From Acidimicrobiia bacterium (GTDB lineage: Bacteria > Actinomycetota > Acidimicrobiia > Spongiisociales > ZC4RG35), in NCBI GenBank assembly GCA_040905965.1, contig JBBDQP010000007.1, positions 8,042-59,385 of the forward strand: a stretch of DNA of 51,344 nucleotides, given 5' to 3'. The notes beneath the pieces were generated by a model that was not told where the DNA came from, ran no database searches, and saw only the letters and a list, made by a program, of their open reading frames with translations. Shown one piece after another: positions 28,333 through 37,321 of the stretch (positions within the stretch are counted from its first letter, which is position 1; every line of letters begins with the position of its first letter). Made by a program: the position numbers and the translations under genes.

Positions 28333-30318
28333 ATGGCAACCGACGCTGCCCCATCCACCGAGCCGGTCGAGCATCCTGAGGACGAGGACTGGTCCTGGCA
28401 CCGCCTGATCACCGCCGATGAATTGCCTGAAGGTCGTGTCACCACTGTGACCGTCGGGAGGCGGGCGCTGGCGGTCACCCACTATGACGGCTGCTTCGGC
28501 GCACTCGACAATCATTGTCCTCATCAGGGTGGTCCGCTGGGCGAGGGCTCGATCGAAAACGGCTGGTTGAGGTGCCCGTGGCACGGCTACGACTATTCCC
28601 CCTGCAACGGGACGCCGCCGCCCGGCTTCGACGACGGGCCGATCGCCTATCCGACCGAGGTTCGAGACGACGGGGTCTATGTCGCTCTGCCCCCTGAAAC
28701 CGAGCACGATCGCACGGTCTCGGATGTGCTGGTCGAGACCATGACGGCGTGGGGGGTCACGGAGGTGTTCGGCATGGTCGGACACTCGAACCTCGGATTC
28801 GCCGAAGCCATGCGCCGGGCCGAGGCCCGAGGTGACCTGCGCTACTTCGGGATCCGGCACGAGGGGGCGGCATCGTTCGCGGCGTCGGCCTACGGCAAAC
28901 TCACGGGTCGCCCCGCCGCGTGTTTCGGCATCGCCGGCCCCGGCTCGACCAATCTGTTGACCGGGCTGTACGACGCCAAACGGGACATGGCTCCGGTGCT
29001 GGCGATCTCGGGACAGGTTGCGTCGAGCGTGAAAGGGCGCGGAGCTTTCCAGGATCTCGATCTCGAAGCGCTGTTCGCCGATGTCGCTGCTTTCTCCGAG
29101 ACGGTGTACTCGCATTCGGATCATGCCGAGCTGATGACGCTGGCGTGCAAACGGGCGATCATTGATCAGACCGTCACCCATCTGATGCTCCCCGACGAAG
29201 TGCAGGTCCTTGGCGCGGAAGACTCCGAACCCGGTTCCGCCGATGGACGCACCGCCATCGATCGCACCACTCCCGAAGCCGAAAGTCTGCAAAGCGCAGT
29301 TGAGCGCGTCCAGGGGGCAGAACGTCCGGTGATCGTGGTGGGTGCGGGCGCCCGCTTCGACATGGCACCCATCGTCGAGTTGGCCGAGCGACTCGGGTCC
29401 CCTGTCGTGACGACCTTCAAAGCGAAAGGTCAGATCTCCGATCACCACCCGCTCGGCTGCGGAGTGCTCGGTCGAAGTGGCACGCCGATGGCGAGCTGGT
29501 TCATGAACGAAGCCGATCTGTTGATCGTCTTTGGGGCGTCATTTTCCAACCACACCGGGATCGCCCCTTACAAGCCGATCGTCCAAGTGGACCGCGACCC
29601 GTGGGCAATCGGTCGCCATCACTCCGTCGACGTGGGTGTGATCGGCGATGTCGGCGTCACCGCTGGGAAGATCCTTGCGTCTCTCGGTGACGGCGACTGG
29701 GTCGATCAGCGGTCGGAAGTGGCCGAGCGATGGCAGATCTGGCGAACCGAGAAGGAACGTCGTCGCACCGATGATCGGGGGAGGGGCGTGGACTCGGCTT
29801 CGATCTTCCACACGCTCGGCTCGGCTATCGATTCAGACGCAGTGGTGTGTGTCGACGTCGGCAACAACACCTATTCGTTCGGGCGTTACTTCGAAGCAAC
29901 CGAACAGTCGGTGCTCATGTCCGGTTACCTGGGATCGATCGGCTTCGGATTTCCCGCCGCGTTGGGCGCCTGGGCTGCCGTCGGCGACCACCGACAAGTG
30001 GTGGCGGTCTGCGGTGACGGCGGGTTCGGGCAGTACGCCATGGAGATGACGACCGCCGTCAAATACGGGATGAACATCACCTGCGTGCTCCTGGTCAACG
30101 ACGAGTTGGGAAAGATCAGCAAGGAGCAGCGTTCTGCCGAATACGACGTGTGGCAGACGTCACTCCACAACCCCGATTTCGCCGAGTTCGCCCGGTCATG
30201 CGGAGCCAAGGGCATCCGCGTGCATGACAGGTCCGAACTCGACGAGGCCATTTCCGAGGCGCTGTCCCACGACGGACCAGCCTTGGTCGAGATCCTCACC
30301 GACCCCGGACTGGTCTGA
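28333..30318 (+). CDS. Rieske [2Fe-2S]-fused thiamine-diphosphate enzyme (pyruvate oxidase/AHAS-like)
   Basis: CPHQG...CPWH Rieske motifs; IRHEGAA, GPGSTN, GDGGF...ND ThDP motif. Confidence 0.9.
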   Translation: MATDAAPSTEPVEHPEDEDWSWHRLITADELPEGRVTTVTVGRRALAVTHYDGCFGALDNHCPHQGGPLGEGSIENGWLRCPWHGYDYSPCNGTPPPGFDDGPIAYPTEVRDDGVYVALPPETEHDRTVSDVLVETMTAWGVTEVFGMVGHSNLGFAEAMRRAEARGDLRYFGIRHEGAASFAASAYGKLTGRPAACFGIAGPGSTNLLTGLYDAKRDMAPVLAISGQVASSVKGRGAFQDLDLEALFADVAAFSETVYSHSDHAELMTLACKRAIIDQTVTHLMLPDEVQVLGAEDSEPGSADGRTAIDRTTPEAESLQSAVERVQGAERPVIVVGAGARFDMAPIVELAERLGSPVVTTFKAKGQISDHHPLGCGVLGRSGTPMASWFMNEADLLIVFGASFSNHTGIAPYKPIVQVDRDPWAIGRHHSVDVGVIGDVGVTAGKILASLGDGDWVDQRSEVAERWQIWRTEKERRRTDDRGRGVDSASIFHTLGSAIDSDAVVCVDVGNNTYSFGRYFEATEQSVLMSGYLGSIGFGFPAALGAWAAVGDHRQVVAVCGDGGFGQYAMEMTTAVKYGMNITCVLLVNDELGKISKEQRSAEYDVWQTSLHNPDFAEFARSCGAKGIRVHDRSELDEAISEALSHDGPALVEILTDPGLV

Positions 30319-30343
30319 CCCAGGAGCGCCGGTGAACCCAACT

Positions 30344-30390
30344 TGTCGTCCAGCCGACAGACCGGCGATCGAAGCCCACGTTGACGGGTT
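30344..30390 (+). promoter_or_regulatory. TGTCG-N6-CGACA box + N28 + GTT promoter
   Basis: TGTCGtccagcCGACA; GTT ends 30390; ATG at 30400. Confidence 0.7.
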
Positions 30391-30399
30391 CCCTCGTAT

Positions 30400-31275
30400 A
30401 TGACAGAGGTGACCGCAGTCTTCGAAGGTGGCGGGGTGAAAGGAATCGCGCTGGCCGGCGCTGCGGCGGCTGCCATGGAGCGTGGCATCCGTCTCACCTC
30501 GGCGGTCGGCACATCGGCCGGCGCGTTGGTGGCGTCACTCGTGGTCGCCGGGTATGGACCCGACGATCTGGAGCGAATCGTCTGCGAGATGCCATGGTCG
30601 CGCATCACCGATCGGCGGCCGTTGGCCCGTATTCCAGTCGTCGGGCCGCATATTGCGATGCTGACTTCGGGCGGTGTGGCCCGAGGGCGGCGATTGGAAC
30701 GAGAAGTCTTTCGATTGCTCGCTCGACGGGACGTTCGCGTCTTCGGAGACCTCCCACCAGGGGCATTGCGGGTGGTCGCCACCGATCTGGTGCATGGCCG
30801 AGGCGTCGTTCTGCCCGACGACCTTCCCCAGTACGGGATCGACCCAGTGCGCTTCCCGGTCGCCAGAGCAGTTCGGGCGTCGTCCGCCGTTCCCTTCGTC
30901 TTCGAGCCGGTCATCATTCGGAGCCAGGCCACGGGCGAGGAGATCGTCCTCGCCGATGGAGCCCTCGCCGCCCGTTTTCCTCTGCAACTTGTCGAACCGG
31001 GAACACCCACATTGGGTTTCCGGCTGACGCCTACCGATGAGCTACATGAGGATCACCGGATCCGAGGGCCCCTTTCCCTTGCTCGTTCCGTAGTGGCGGC
31101 AGGAATGACAGCCCGGGAGTCACTTCCGGTCTTGTGTCGCGACCTCGGGTCGACGATTGCGATTCAGGTGGATCGGGCTCCGCTCGACTTCGACCTCGAT
31201 GCCAATGAGGCGAACGCGATGTTCAGGCGGGCACATCATGAGGCGCTCGATCAACTCGACTCCATCAGGCTCTGA
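30400..31275 (+). CDS. Patatin-like phospholipase
   Basis: FEGGGVKG, GTSAG, ASSAVP, DGA motifs. Confidence 0.92.
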   Translation: MTEVTAVFEGGGVKGIALAGAAAAAMERGIRLTSAVGTSAGALVASLVVAGYGPDDLERIVCEMPWSRITDRRPLARIPVVGPHIAMLTSGGVARGRRLEREVFRLLARRDVRVFGDLPPGALRVVATDLVHGRGVVLPDDLPQYGIDPVRFPVARAVRASSAVPFVFEPVIIRSQATGEEIVLADGALAARFPLQLVEPGTPTLGFRLTPTDELHEDHRIRGPLSLARSVVAAGMTARESLPVLCRDLGSTIAIQVDRAPLDFDLDANEANAMFRRAHHEALDQLDSIRL

Positions 31276-31279
31276 GAGG

Positions 31280-31900
31280 ATGAGCCACGCCCAGTACGTC
31301 GAACTTCTCGACTGGCGCCGCCAGGTCCACGAGATGTACGCAGGTGTCCGAACGCTGCGTCTCACCGATCCGGTCGGGTCCCATGACAGATGGCGAGCAG
31401 ACCGTGACCGCTTGTTCCGCGGACACTCACAGTCGCCGTTTCCACCGAGCGTGCGTCAGAGTTTCACTGGCCTCCGCTATTTCCCATACGATCCGACGCT
31501 GGTGTTCACCGCCTCGATCAAGCCGGTCACAGCCGATCCTCAGCAGCTGGGGACCAGCACCGGCGAGTCGATGGAGTTCGTCCGTTTTGGTGTCGTCGAG
31601 CTGCCTGTCGGAACGCTCGATGTGTACTGGCTCGATACCTATGGCGGAGGACTGTTTCTGCCGTTTCTCGACTCGACCGCCGGGGACGGGACGTACGCGG
31701 GTGGCCGCTACCTGCTGGACACGGTGAAAGGTGCCGATCTCGGATCCACGGCCGCCGCCGACCTGGTGTTGGACTTCAACTTCGCCTACAACCCGAGCTG
31801 CAGCTACGACCCGGCATGGACGTGTCCTCTTCCCCGGCCCGGGAACCGGCTCGACTCCAAGGTCGAAGCGGGAGAGATGGTCTATGGGACGGGCGACTGA
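31280..31900 (+). CDS. DUF1684 domain-containing protein
   Basis: LFLPFLDSTAG..TYAGGRYL, LDFNFAYNPSCSY..WTCPLP. Confidence 0.9.
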   Translation: MSHAQYVELLDWRRQVHEMYAGVRTLRLTDPVGSHDRWRADRDRLFRGHSQSPFPPSVRQSFTGLRYFPYDPTLVFTASIKPVTADPQQLGTSTGESMEFVRFGVVELPVGTLDVYWLDTYGGGLFLPFLDSTAGDGTYAGGRYLLDTVKGADLGSTAAADLVLDFNFAYNPSCSYDPAWTCPLPRPGNRLDSKVEAGEMVYGTGD

Positions 31901-31939
31901 GTCAGGCGTGGCGCCGTGACCGTTTCGGTCGCAGCCCCC

Positions 31940-32776
31940 TTACGCATCTCGGGAGTGTTTGAAGATCCACCAGAACGGCACCGCAACCAGGAGTGTGCCT
32001 CCGATCATGTTCCCGATTCCGGCCGGTATGACGTTCCATGCGAGGGCGTCCGACCACCCGGGTCCGCCGCCGCCGGCAATCGAGATGGCGAAGTAGCCCA
32101 TGTTGGCCGGTGAATGTTGGAAACCGGCGGCGACGAACATGGTGACGGCCAGGAAGACCGGGATGTATTTGCCGATGATCGTCCGGCCCATGGTGGCGAA
32201 GAAGGCCGCCATTCCGACGAGCCAGTTCGCCAGTACCCCGGAGAGCACCACTCGGAACCAACTGTCGACCCCGCCCTCCTCCTGGAATCGCATCTTGTGG
32301 CTCACGAGTTCGGCGAGTCCCGCCTCGAATCCAGCGCTGTAGACCTCACCGGTGCGGATCAGCCAGCCGACGATCACGGCTCCGAGGAAGTTCCCGATCC
32401 AGGCGAGTACCCAGAAGCGAATCACGCGACGAGCGCGAGTCGTCCCGGCGAGCAGTGTCGCCGGCATCACGACATTGGCCTCTGTGAAGAGTGCCGCCTC
32501 GGAGAGGACCACGAAGAAGAAGCCGGTCGAGAAACCGAACCCGGTGACGAGCGCAACCGCCCCTGGCGATTCGAAGCCCACCGACAGGAGCACCGAGAAG
32601 AGCGCTCCGGTCGTGATGAACCCGCCGGCCATCAATCCGAGCGCCAGCACTCTCCCCGCCGACAGCACTTCGATCCGGGATCTCCCGAATTCGGCCATTT
32701 GACCGATTACGCGGTCCACCGAGATGTATCTGGCAGGGGGCAGCTGATCGCCGTCTTGGGACGCGGAGAAGACCAT
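31940..32776 (-). CDS. Formate/nitrite transporter (FNT) family channel
   Basis: AALFTEAN, WIGNFLG, LANWLV, GFQHSPANM, GNMIGG. Confidence 0.9.
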   Translation of the reverse strand: MVFSASQDGDQLPPARYISVDRVIGQMAEFGRSRIEVLSAGRVLALGLMAGGFITTGALFSVLLSVGFESPGAVALVTGFGFSTGFFFVVLSEAALFTEANVVMPATLLAGTTRARRVIRFWVLAWIGNFLGAVIVGWLIRTGEVYSAGFEAGLAELVSHKMRFQEEGGVDSWFRVVLSGVLANWLVGMAAFFATMGRTIIGKYIPVFLAVTMFVAAGFQHSPANMGYFAISIAGGGGPGWSDALAWNVIPAGIGNMIGGTLLVAVPFWWIFKHSRDA

Positions 32777-32829
32777 CACCGCACTCTGCCAGCGTTGGGA
32801 CTTCATCACGCAATGCCAGGACCCGGTTC

Positions 32830-32901
32830 TGTCGGGTCCCTGACAGTCGGTGAGTGTCTGGTGGGCGACACAGCGGGATCGAGACGAGGAGGTGCCAGGT
32901 T
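32830..32901. promoter_or_regulatory. Tandem boxes in divergent FNT / membrane-pair promoter
   Basis: TGTCGggtcccTGACA 32830-32845; TGTCTggtgggCGACA 32855-32870 with GTT ending 32901 (N28). Confidence 0.7.
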
Positions 32902-32939
32902 GAGCGTTGTGATTGGTCCGTCTCACAGGAGGTATCGCA

Positions 32940-33857
32940 ATGGCGACAATCATGCACAGTCGGGTTCGGCCGTCATCGACCGATGACTATCGGGCTCCGT
33001 CCCGCCCTCGAAAGGTTGGGTTGGCGATCGCTGTCGTCGGTCTGGTACTGACTTCGGTGGCGTTCGTCGCCAACCTGGTCGCAGTAGGAGGCCCAAGCGT
33101 CCGGGCTACCACGTTGCCGTGGTCGTTTGGGCTGACGACTCTCGGGTTCGGCACCATCAAGCTGGCGATCGGGGTCATCCTGTGGGGGATCCTGATGAAG
33201 CTGTGGCTTCGAGTGGATGCCATCAAGGAAGTTCTCCCGAAGCTCGTTCATATCGACACGTCAGCGAGTCATCCGTCTTCTGAGATGTCCACCCCGTTTG
33301 GAAAAGCGACGGTGACTGCCAGTCCGCCCTCCGAACTGGGTATCCATCGGATGGCGAAAGCAATGTGGCGTCCGATGCTCGCCATGGGTTTCATGGCGGT
33401 GGCTGTCGGATTCGTCACCTCGCTCGCTTGGGCGCAGACCGGGGGCATCGTCGCCCTGTCATGGACCCAGGGTCTGCAATTCCTCGGTGAGGGCATGCTG
33501 CTCGCAGGAGTCGGATTCCTGCTCGGCACGATCCTGTGGGCGATCCGCACCGGTGGCGGTGAAGTCCAACAGGGCCTCGGGGTTGCGGTGAAGACGCTGA
33601 AGATGCCGACGACGGCGAAGGTGTTCGTGGCGCTGATGATGCTGGGGCTGATGGTCTCGATGGCCCAGTTTGTCGGCTATTTGATCGTGGCCGCCGGGGG
33701 TGTGGACACCGCCGCATGGCTGGCGTTCCTCGGTCCGCTGCGTGAACTCGGGCTCGGACTGATCCTCGCCGGAATCACGATGGCGCTGGTGACGATCGGC
33801 AACGTTCTTCGGTTCCAGTTCGACCGAATCATCGAAATCATCAAGACCGGCAAGTGA
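32940..33857 (+). CDS. Hypothetical multi-pass membrane protein (paralog A)
   Basis: About 6 TMs; AGGAGG RBS; shares GGGxVQxxLGVxVxTLKMPxTAKxF with next gene. Confidence 0.8.
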   Translation: MATIMHSRVRPSSTDDYRAPSRPRKVGLAIAVVGLVLTSVAFVANLVAVGGPSVRATTLPWSFGLTTLGFGTIKLAIGVILWGILMKLWLRVDAIKEVLPKLVHIDTSASHPSSEMSTPFGKATVTASPPSELGIHRMAKAMWRPMLAMGFMAVAVGFVTSLAWAQTGGIVALSWTQGLQFLGEGMLLAGVGFLLGTILWAIRTGGGEVQQGLGVAVKTLKMPTTAKVFVALMMLGLMVSMAQFVGYLIVAAGGVDTAAWLAFLGPLRELGLGLILAGITMALVTIGNVLRFQFDRIIEIIKTGK

Positions 33858-33880
33858 CCGCTCAGAAAGGAGTGTCGATC

Positions 33881-34513
33881 ATGACAACAACGACCGCCGC
33901 TGACCTCGCCTATGAGGTCACTCCCAAGAATCCCGGATTCAACCGGCCCCAAAAACTCGGTCGGGCACTGTGGGCCCCGATGTGGGCGATGGCCGTCATG
34001 GGTTTCGTCGCCGCGATCATCGCTGCAGGCGTGCGGGCCGACGCAGTCGCTTCCAGGGCGGCCGAAGCCACCATCGCGGCCCAGGCGCATCTGGTGACCG
34101 GTTTCATGTTCGTCGGGTTCGCCTCGGTGTTCGCCGCGATCAGCTTTGCGATCGCCCGGATCCTTGGGGTGTTCCGAGACGGTGGAGGCAGTGTCCAGGA
34201 GACGCTCGGTGTCAAAGTCCACACCCTGAAAATGCCGGCGACCGCCAAGGCGTTCATCGGACTGATGATGATGGCGATGATGGCGATCCTGATCGCTGTC
34301 GTCATCCACTTCGTCACCGCTGCGGGAACGGCCGCCGGGACGATCTCGGTCTCTGACGCGGAGACCACAGCGATCGCTCTCGAAGCGGTCCGTCGCCTCG
34401 GTGTGGCCGTCTATCTCGTGGCGATCGGCCTGGGTCTGGCAACCATCACCAACGTGCTGCGTTTCCAGTCGATCCGGCTCCGTGAACTCGCAGGACCGAC
34501 CAACACCGACTGA
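33881..34513 (+). CDS. Hypothetical membrane protein (paralog B)
   Basis: About 4 TMs; AAGGAG RBS; homologous to the C-terminal two-thirds of paralog A. Confidence 0.8.
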   Translation: MTTTTAADLAYEVTPKNPGFNRPQKLGRALWAPMWAMAVMGFVAAIIAAGVRADAVASRAAEATIAAQAHLVTGFMFVGFASVFAAISFAIARILGVFRDGGGSVQETLGVKVHTLKMPATAKAFIGLMMMAMMAILIAVVIHFVTAAGTAAGTISVSDAETTAIALEAVRRLGVAVYLVAIGLGLATITNVLRFQSIRLRELAGPTNTD

Positions 34514-34605
34514 CGACCTTGGGCTCGGTCGTGCCCACCTTCCCCACGATCACGAGCCCACCCCAAGGGGAGACGCCGGACTCCGGCGTCTCCCCTCAGT
34601 TCGCG

Positions 34606-35472
34606 TCACTCCTTGCACAGTTCCCGGCGATGGGTCGCCACCCGGTCTTTCAATTCAGGGAAGTCCGGGTCGATTTCGAAGCGGTAGCCGTCCCACCAAC
34701 CGTCGCGATCGGGTTCGAAGCGACGGGGAGAGGCGATGTCACCGTCGAGCGCGATCCGCTTCATCTCGCGTTCCAGTCGACGGAATCTCGAAGTGTTGAT
34801 CTCGGCGGGTGCGATCGGTTCCAGCACGCGCATCGATACCCGCTGTCCGAAGCGAAGCCTTGGCGAATGGGGCTGCTCCCACACGCGGTGACTCCCGGTG
34901 AGGACGACGGGCAGAATCGGACGGCCGAAACGGCGAGCGAGTCGCACCGCCCCGGGTTGGAAGGCGACGTCGAGTCCGAGGATCGATCCTTGGGCGAATA
35001 TGACCAGGTTGTCTCTGTCGTCGAAGACCGAGCTTGCCTGGCGTAGGAAACGCCGGACCGATCCGACCGACGGTGCCGTGTCGACCATGGGATGCCGGGT
35101 TGCGTGCAAGTAGCGGCCGAGACCCGGCCATTCGAACATCTCGTCGCGAGCTGCGAATCGGAGACCCAGCGGCAGCCGGAGGAGGGCGATGGCGTCTGCC
35201 AGTCCTTCATGCAAGGGGACGACCACATACTGCTCCTTGGGGTCGACGTGGTGGATGCCGTGGATCTCGATTCGGAGGCCGGCCACAGTCTCCGCCAACC
35301 GGCCAAAGGTCCGTTCCAGACGGTGGACGAGGGATCGGGAGCCGGTGCATGCCGCCACCGAGATGAGCCATGACGAACCCACGATCAGCGGGCCGGCCAG
35401 TCGGGCGCGTGCTTGGTTGGCGCGTCCCCCCTCGGCAACGAATCGAAACGCTCGGGTGCTGGGCTCGTCCAC
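34606..35472 (-). CDS. Lysophospholipid acyltransferase (PlsC-like)
   Basis: HEGLAD (HxxxxD), FAARDEMF, IFAQGS, PILPVVLTG. Confidence 0.75.
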   Translation of the reverse strand: MDEPSTRAFRFVAEGGRANQARARLAGPLIVGSSWLISVAACTGSRSLVHRLERTFGRLAETVAGLRIEIHGIHHVDPKEQYVVVPLHEGLADAIALLRLPLGLRFAARDEMFEWPGLGRYLHATRHPMVDTAPSVGSVRRFLRQASSVFDDRDNLVIFAQGSILGLDVAFQPGAVRLARRFGRPILPVVLTGSHRVWEQPHSPRLRFGQRVSMRVLEPIAPAEINTSRFRRLEREMKRIALDGDIASPRRFEPDRDGWWDGYRFEIDPDFPELKDRVATHRRELCKE

Positions 35473-35481
35473 TGTCAGGTC

Positions 35482-35555
35482 AACGTTGTCGCGAACCCGT
35501 CCGATTCCCGAACATCGAGAAGCTGTTCGGGAACAGGACGCACTCGGTACCTGTT
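35482..35555. promoter_or_regulatory. Back-to-back SigR/SigH-type ECF promoters
   Basis: +: GGAAC(35530)-N18-GTT(35553-35555), ATG 35565; -: GGAAT(35508)-N19-GTT(ends 35482), GTG 35472. Confidence 0.6.
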
Positions 35556-35564
35556 GTGCCGTTC

Positions 35565-36545
35565 ATGGCAGATGATCCCCTCGAGTCCTTCGACGACTTC
35601 AAGAACTCTTTCGCATACGGGACCCGTAACGACCTTTCCTTCAAGTTCTTGAAGAAGTTGGACGGCGACGAGGCGGCGGAGTTTTTACGGCTCGTGCTCT
35701 TCGAAGTGGGCGAGCTTTTCGACGGAGCGGCCCCCGAGCGACTCATCGATCTGGTGTACGAGTGGCAGGTGAGGGCGTACCAGCCGGAGCTTGATGAGGG
35801 ACGACCGTGGACGTATGAGGATCGGCCGTTCGCTCCCCTCGAACGGAGCTTGGGTGAGTCCACGTTGGGTCTCGTCACGTCGTCCGGTCACTTCCCGTCT
35901 GGCGAGGATCCGACTCCCTTTGGGGTCCAGGACATGAGCCAGGTCGAAGCGACGTCACGCATCGATGATTTCCTCCGTGCGACACCGGAGCTGACAGTGA
36001 TTCCTCGTGACATCCCGGAGACCGAATTGCGTGTACGACATCCCGGGTACGACATTCGATCCGTGGTGCGGGATCCCGGTGTGGCTCTTCCCCGGACACT
36101 GTTGGTGGAGGCGGAACGCTCGGGTCTGATTGGTCGACTGCACGACGAGATGTTCTCGTTCGTCGGGGCGTGTGCGCAGGGAAGGATCAGGCGGGAGGCG
36201 CCGGGCTGGGTGGAGCGATGGAAGGCCGCCGGTATCGACGTGCTCCTCCTCGTTCCCGTCTGACCGGTGTGTCACGTGTCGGTCGGGCACGTCGCACGAG
36301 AAGCAGAGTCGCAAGGCCTTTCAACGGTCACGGTCGCGGTTCGATCATTCGCCCACGTGGCGCGGGAGATGGGGTATCCCAGGACGGTCGTCACCCGACA
36401 TCCGATGGGTCGTCCCCTCGGACCTCCGGGTGACACAGGGGCGCAGCGCCGGGTGGTGCACGCCGCCCTCAGTCTTCTGGAGAGCGCAACCGAAGGCGGG
36501 GTCATCGTCGAACTCGAAGAGCCATACCGTCCCCCGACCGATTGA
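35565..36545 (+). CDS. Glycine/betaine/proline reductase selenoprotein B (GrdB/PrdB)-like protein; in-frame TGA 36261-36263 (UxxC)
   Basis: LGLVTSSGH, HPGYD, DVLLLVPV-TGA-PVCHVSVGHVAREAESQGLSTV...YPRTV..HPMGRPLG; SECIS hairpin ACGUGUC-GGUCG-GGCACGU at 36274-36292. Confidence 0.88.
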
Positions 36546-36561
36546 AGTGGGCGAGCGCCGG

Positions 36562-36972
36562 TTAGTTCGGCGGGCGACGAGTGCCGATGATCGAACAGAT
36601 CTCGTCCGCAACGCACACGCCGGGGCCGATACCGGTGCCGGTCTCGATGAGTCGATCGAGTTCCGAACGGAGCTCGGAGAGTTCCTGCAGGCGGTCGTCG
36701 ACTTCTCCCCGCTTTGCTTCCAGGAGGGACCTGGTGTGCACGCACGGGGCCTCCCCGTTGTCACGGATGGCGACGACGCCCCGGATCTCGCTGAGTGTCA
36801 GCCCGGCGCTTTGGGCTCTGCGAAGGAACTTCAGCCGGTTGACAGCCTGGGCGTCATAGATCCGATATCCCGTCGGGGATCGGTCCGGTTCAGGGAGGAC
36901 TCCCTTCTCTTCGTAGAAGCGGATGGTGCGGGTAGGCACCCCCGTCGCCGATGAGAGTTCACCGATCTGCAT
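36562..36972 (-). CDS. MerR-family heavy-metal-responsive regulator
   Basis: MQIGELS..TIRFYEEKG..GYRIY; three Cys (PCVH, CVADEIC). Confidence 0.92.
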   Translation of the reverse strand: MQIGELSSATGVPTRTIRFYEEKGVLPEPDRSPTGYRIYDAQAVNRLKFLRRAQSAGLTLSEIRGVVAIRDNGEAPCVHTRSLLEAKRGEVDDRLQELSELRSELDRLIETGTGIGPGVCVADEICSIIGTRRPPN

Positions 36973-36988
36973 TTCCCAACATTAGGGC

Positions 36989-37020
36989 TTGACCTTCCAC
37001 CATGGTGGAAGCCATACGGT
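36989..37020 (+). promoter_or_regulatory. MerR-type promoter/operator
   Basis: -35 TTGACC, 20-bp spacer, perfect 18-bp dyad CTTCCACCATGGTGGAAG (36994-37011), -10 TACGGT. Confidence 0.85.
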
Positions 37021-37027
37021 GACCGAC

Positions 37028-37321
37028 ATGGATGTCACATTGCTCTATTTCGACGGGTGTCCGAACTGGCGAAACACCGAGCGCCAACTCGTCGAGTTGT
37101 CCTCTGACTTTGGGTTCGAGGTGACTCACAAACTGGTCGGGTCGGCGGATGAGGCCCAAGCCCTTGCGTTTCGCGGGTCCCCGACCGTGCTGATCGATGG
37201 AGTCGACCCGTTCTCGGACGACAAGGCCCCAGTCGGATTGACCTGCCGGCTGTACGCCACCCCTGAGGGGATTCGGGGTGCACCGAGCCTCACCATGCTC
37301 CGAGAAGCGCTCACGAGGTGA
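37028..37321 (+). CDS. Small thioredoxin-like protein (type often linked to mer/alkylmercury lyase loci)
   Basis: LLYFDGCPNW, FRGSPTVLIDGVDPF, TCRLY. Confidence 0.85.
   Translation: MDVTLLYFDGCPNWRNTERQLVELSSDFGFEVTHKLVGSADEAQALAFRGSPTVLIDGVDPFSDDKAPVGLTCRLYATPEGIRGAPSLTMLREALTR

Noticed and set aside
32908-32927. TGTGA-N10-TCACA as a CRP/Rex site
   Set aside because: The spacer is wrong for CRP (N6) and Rex; it may just be a leader hairpin.
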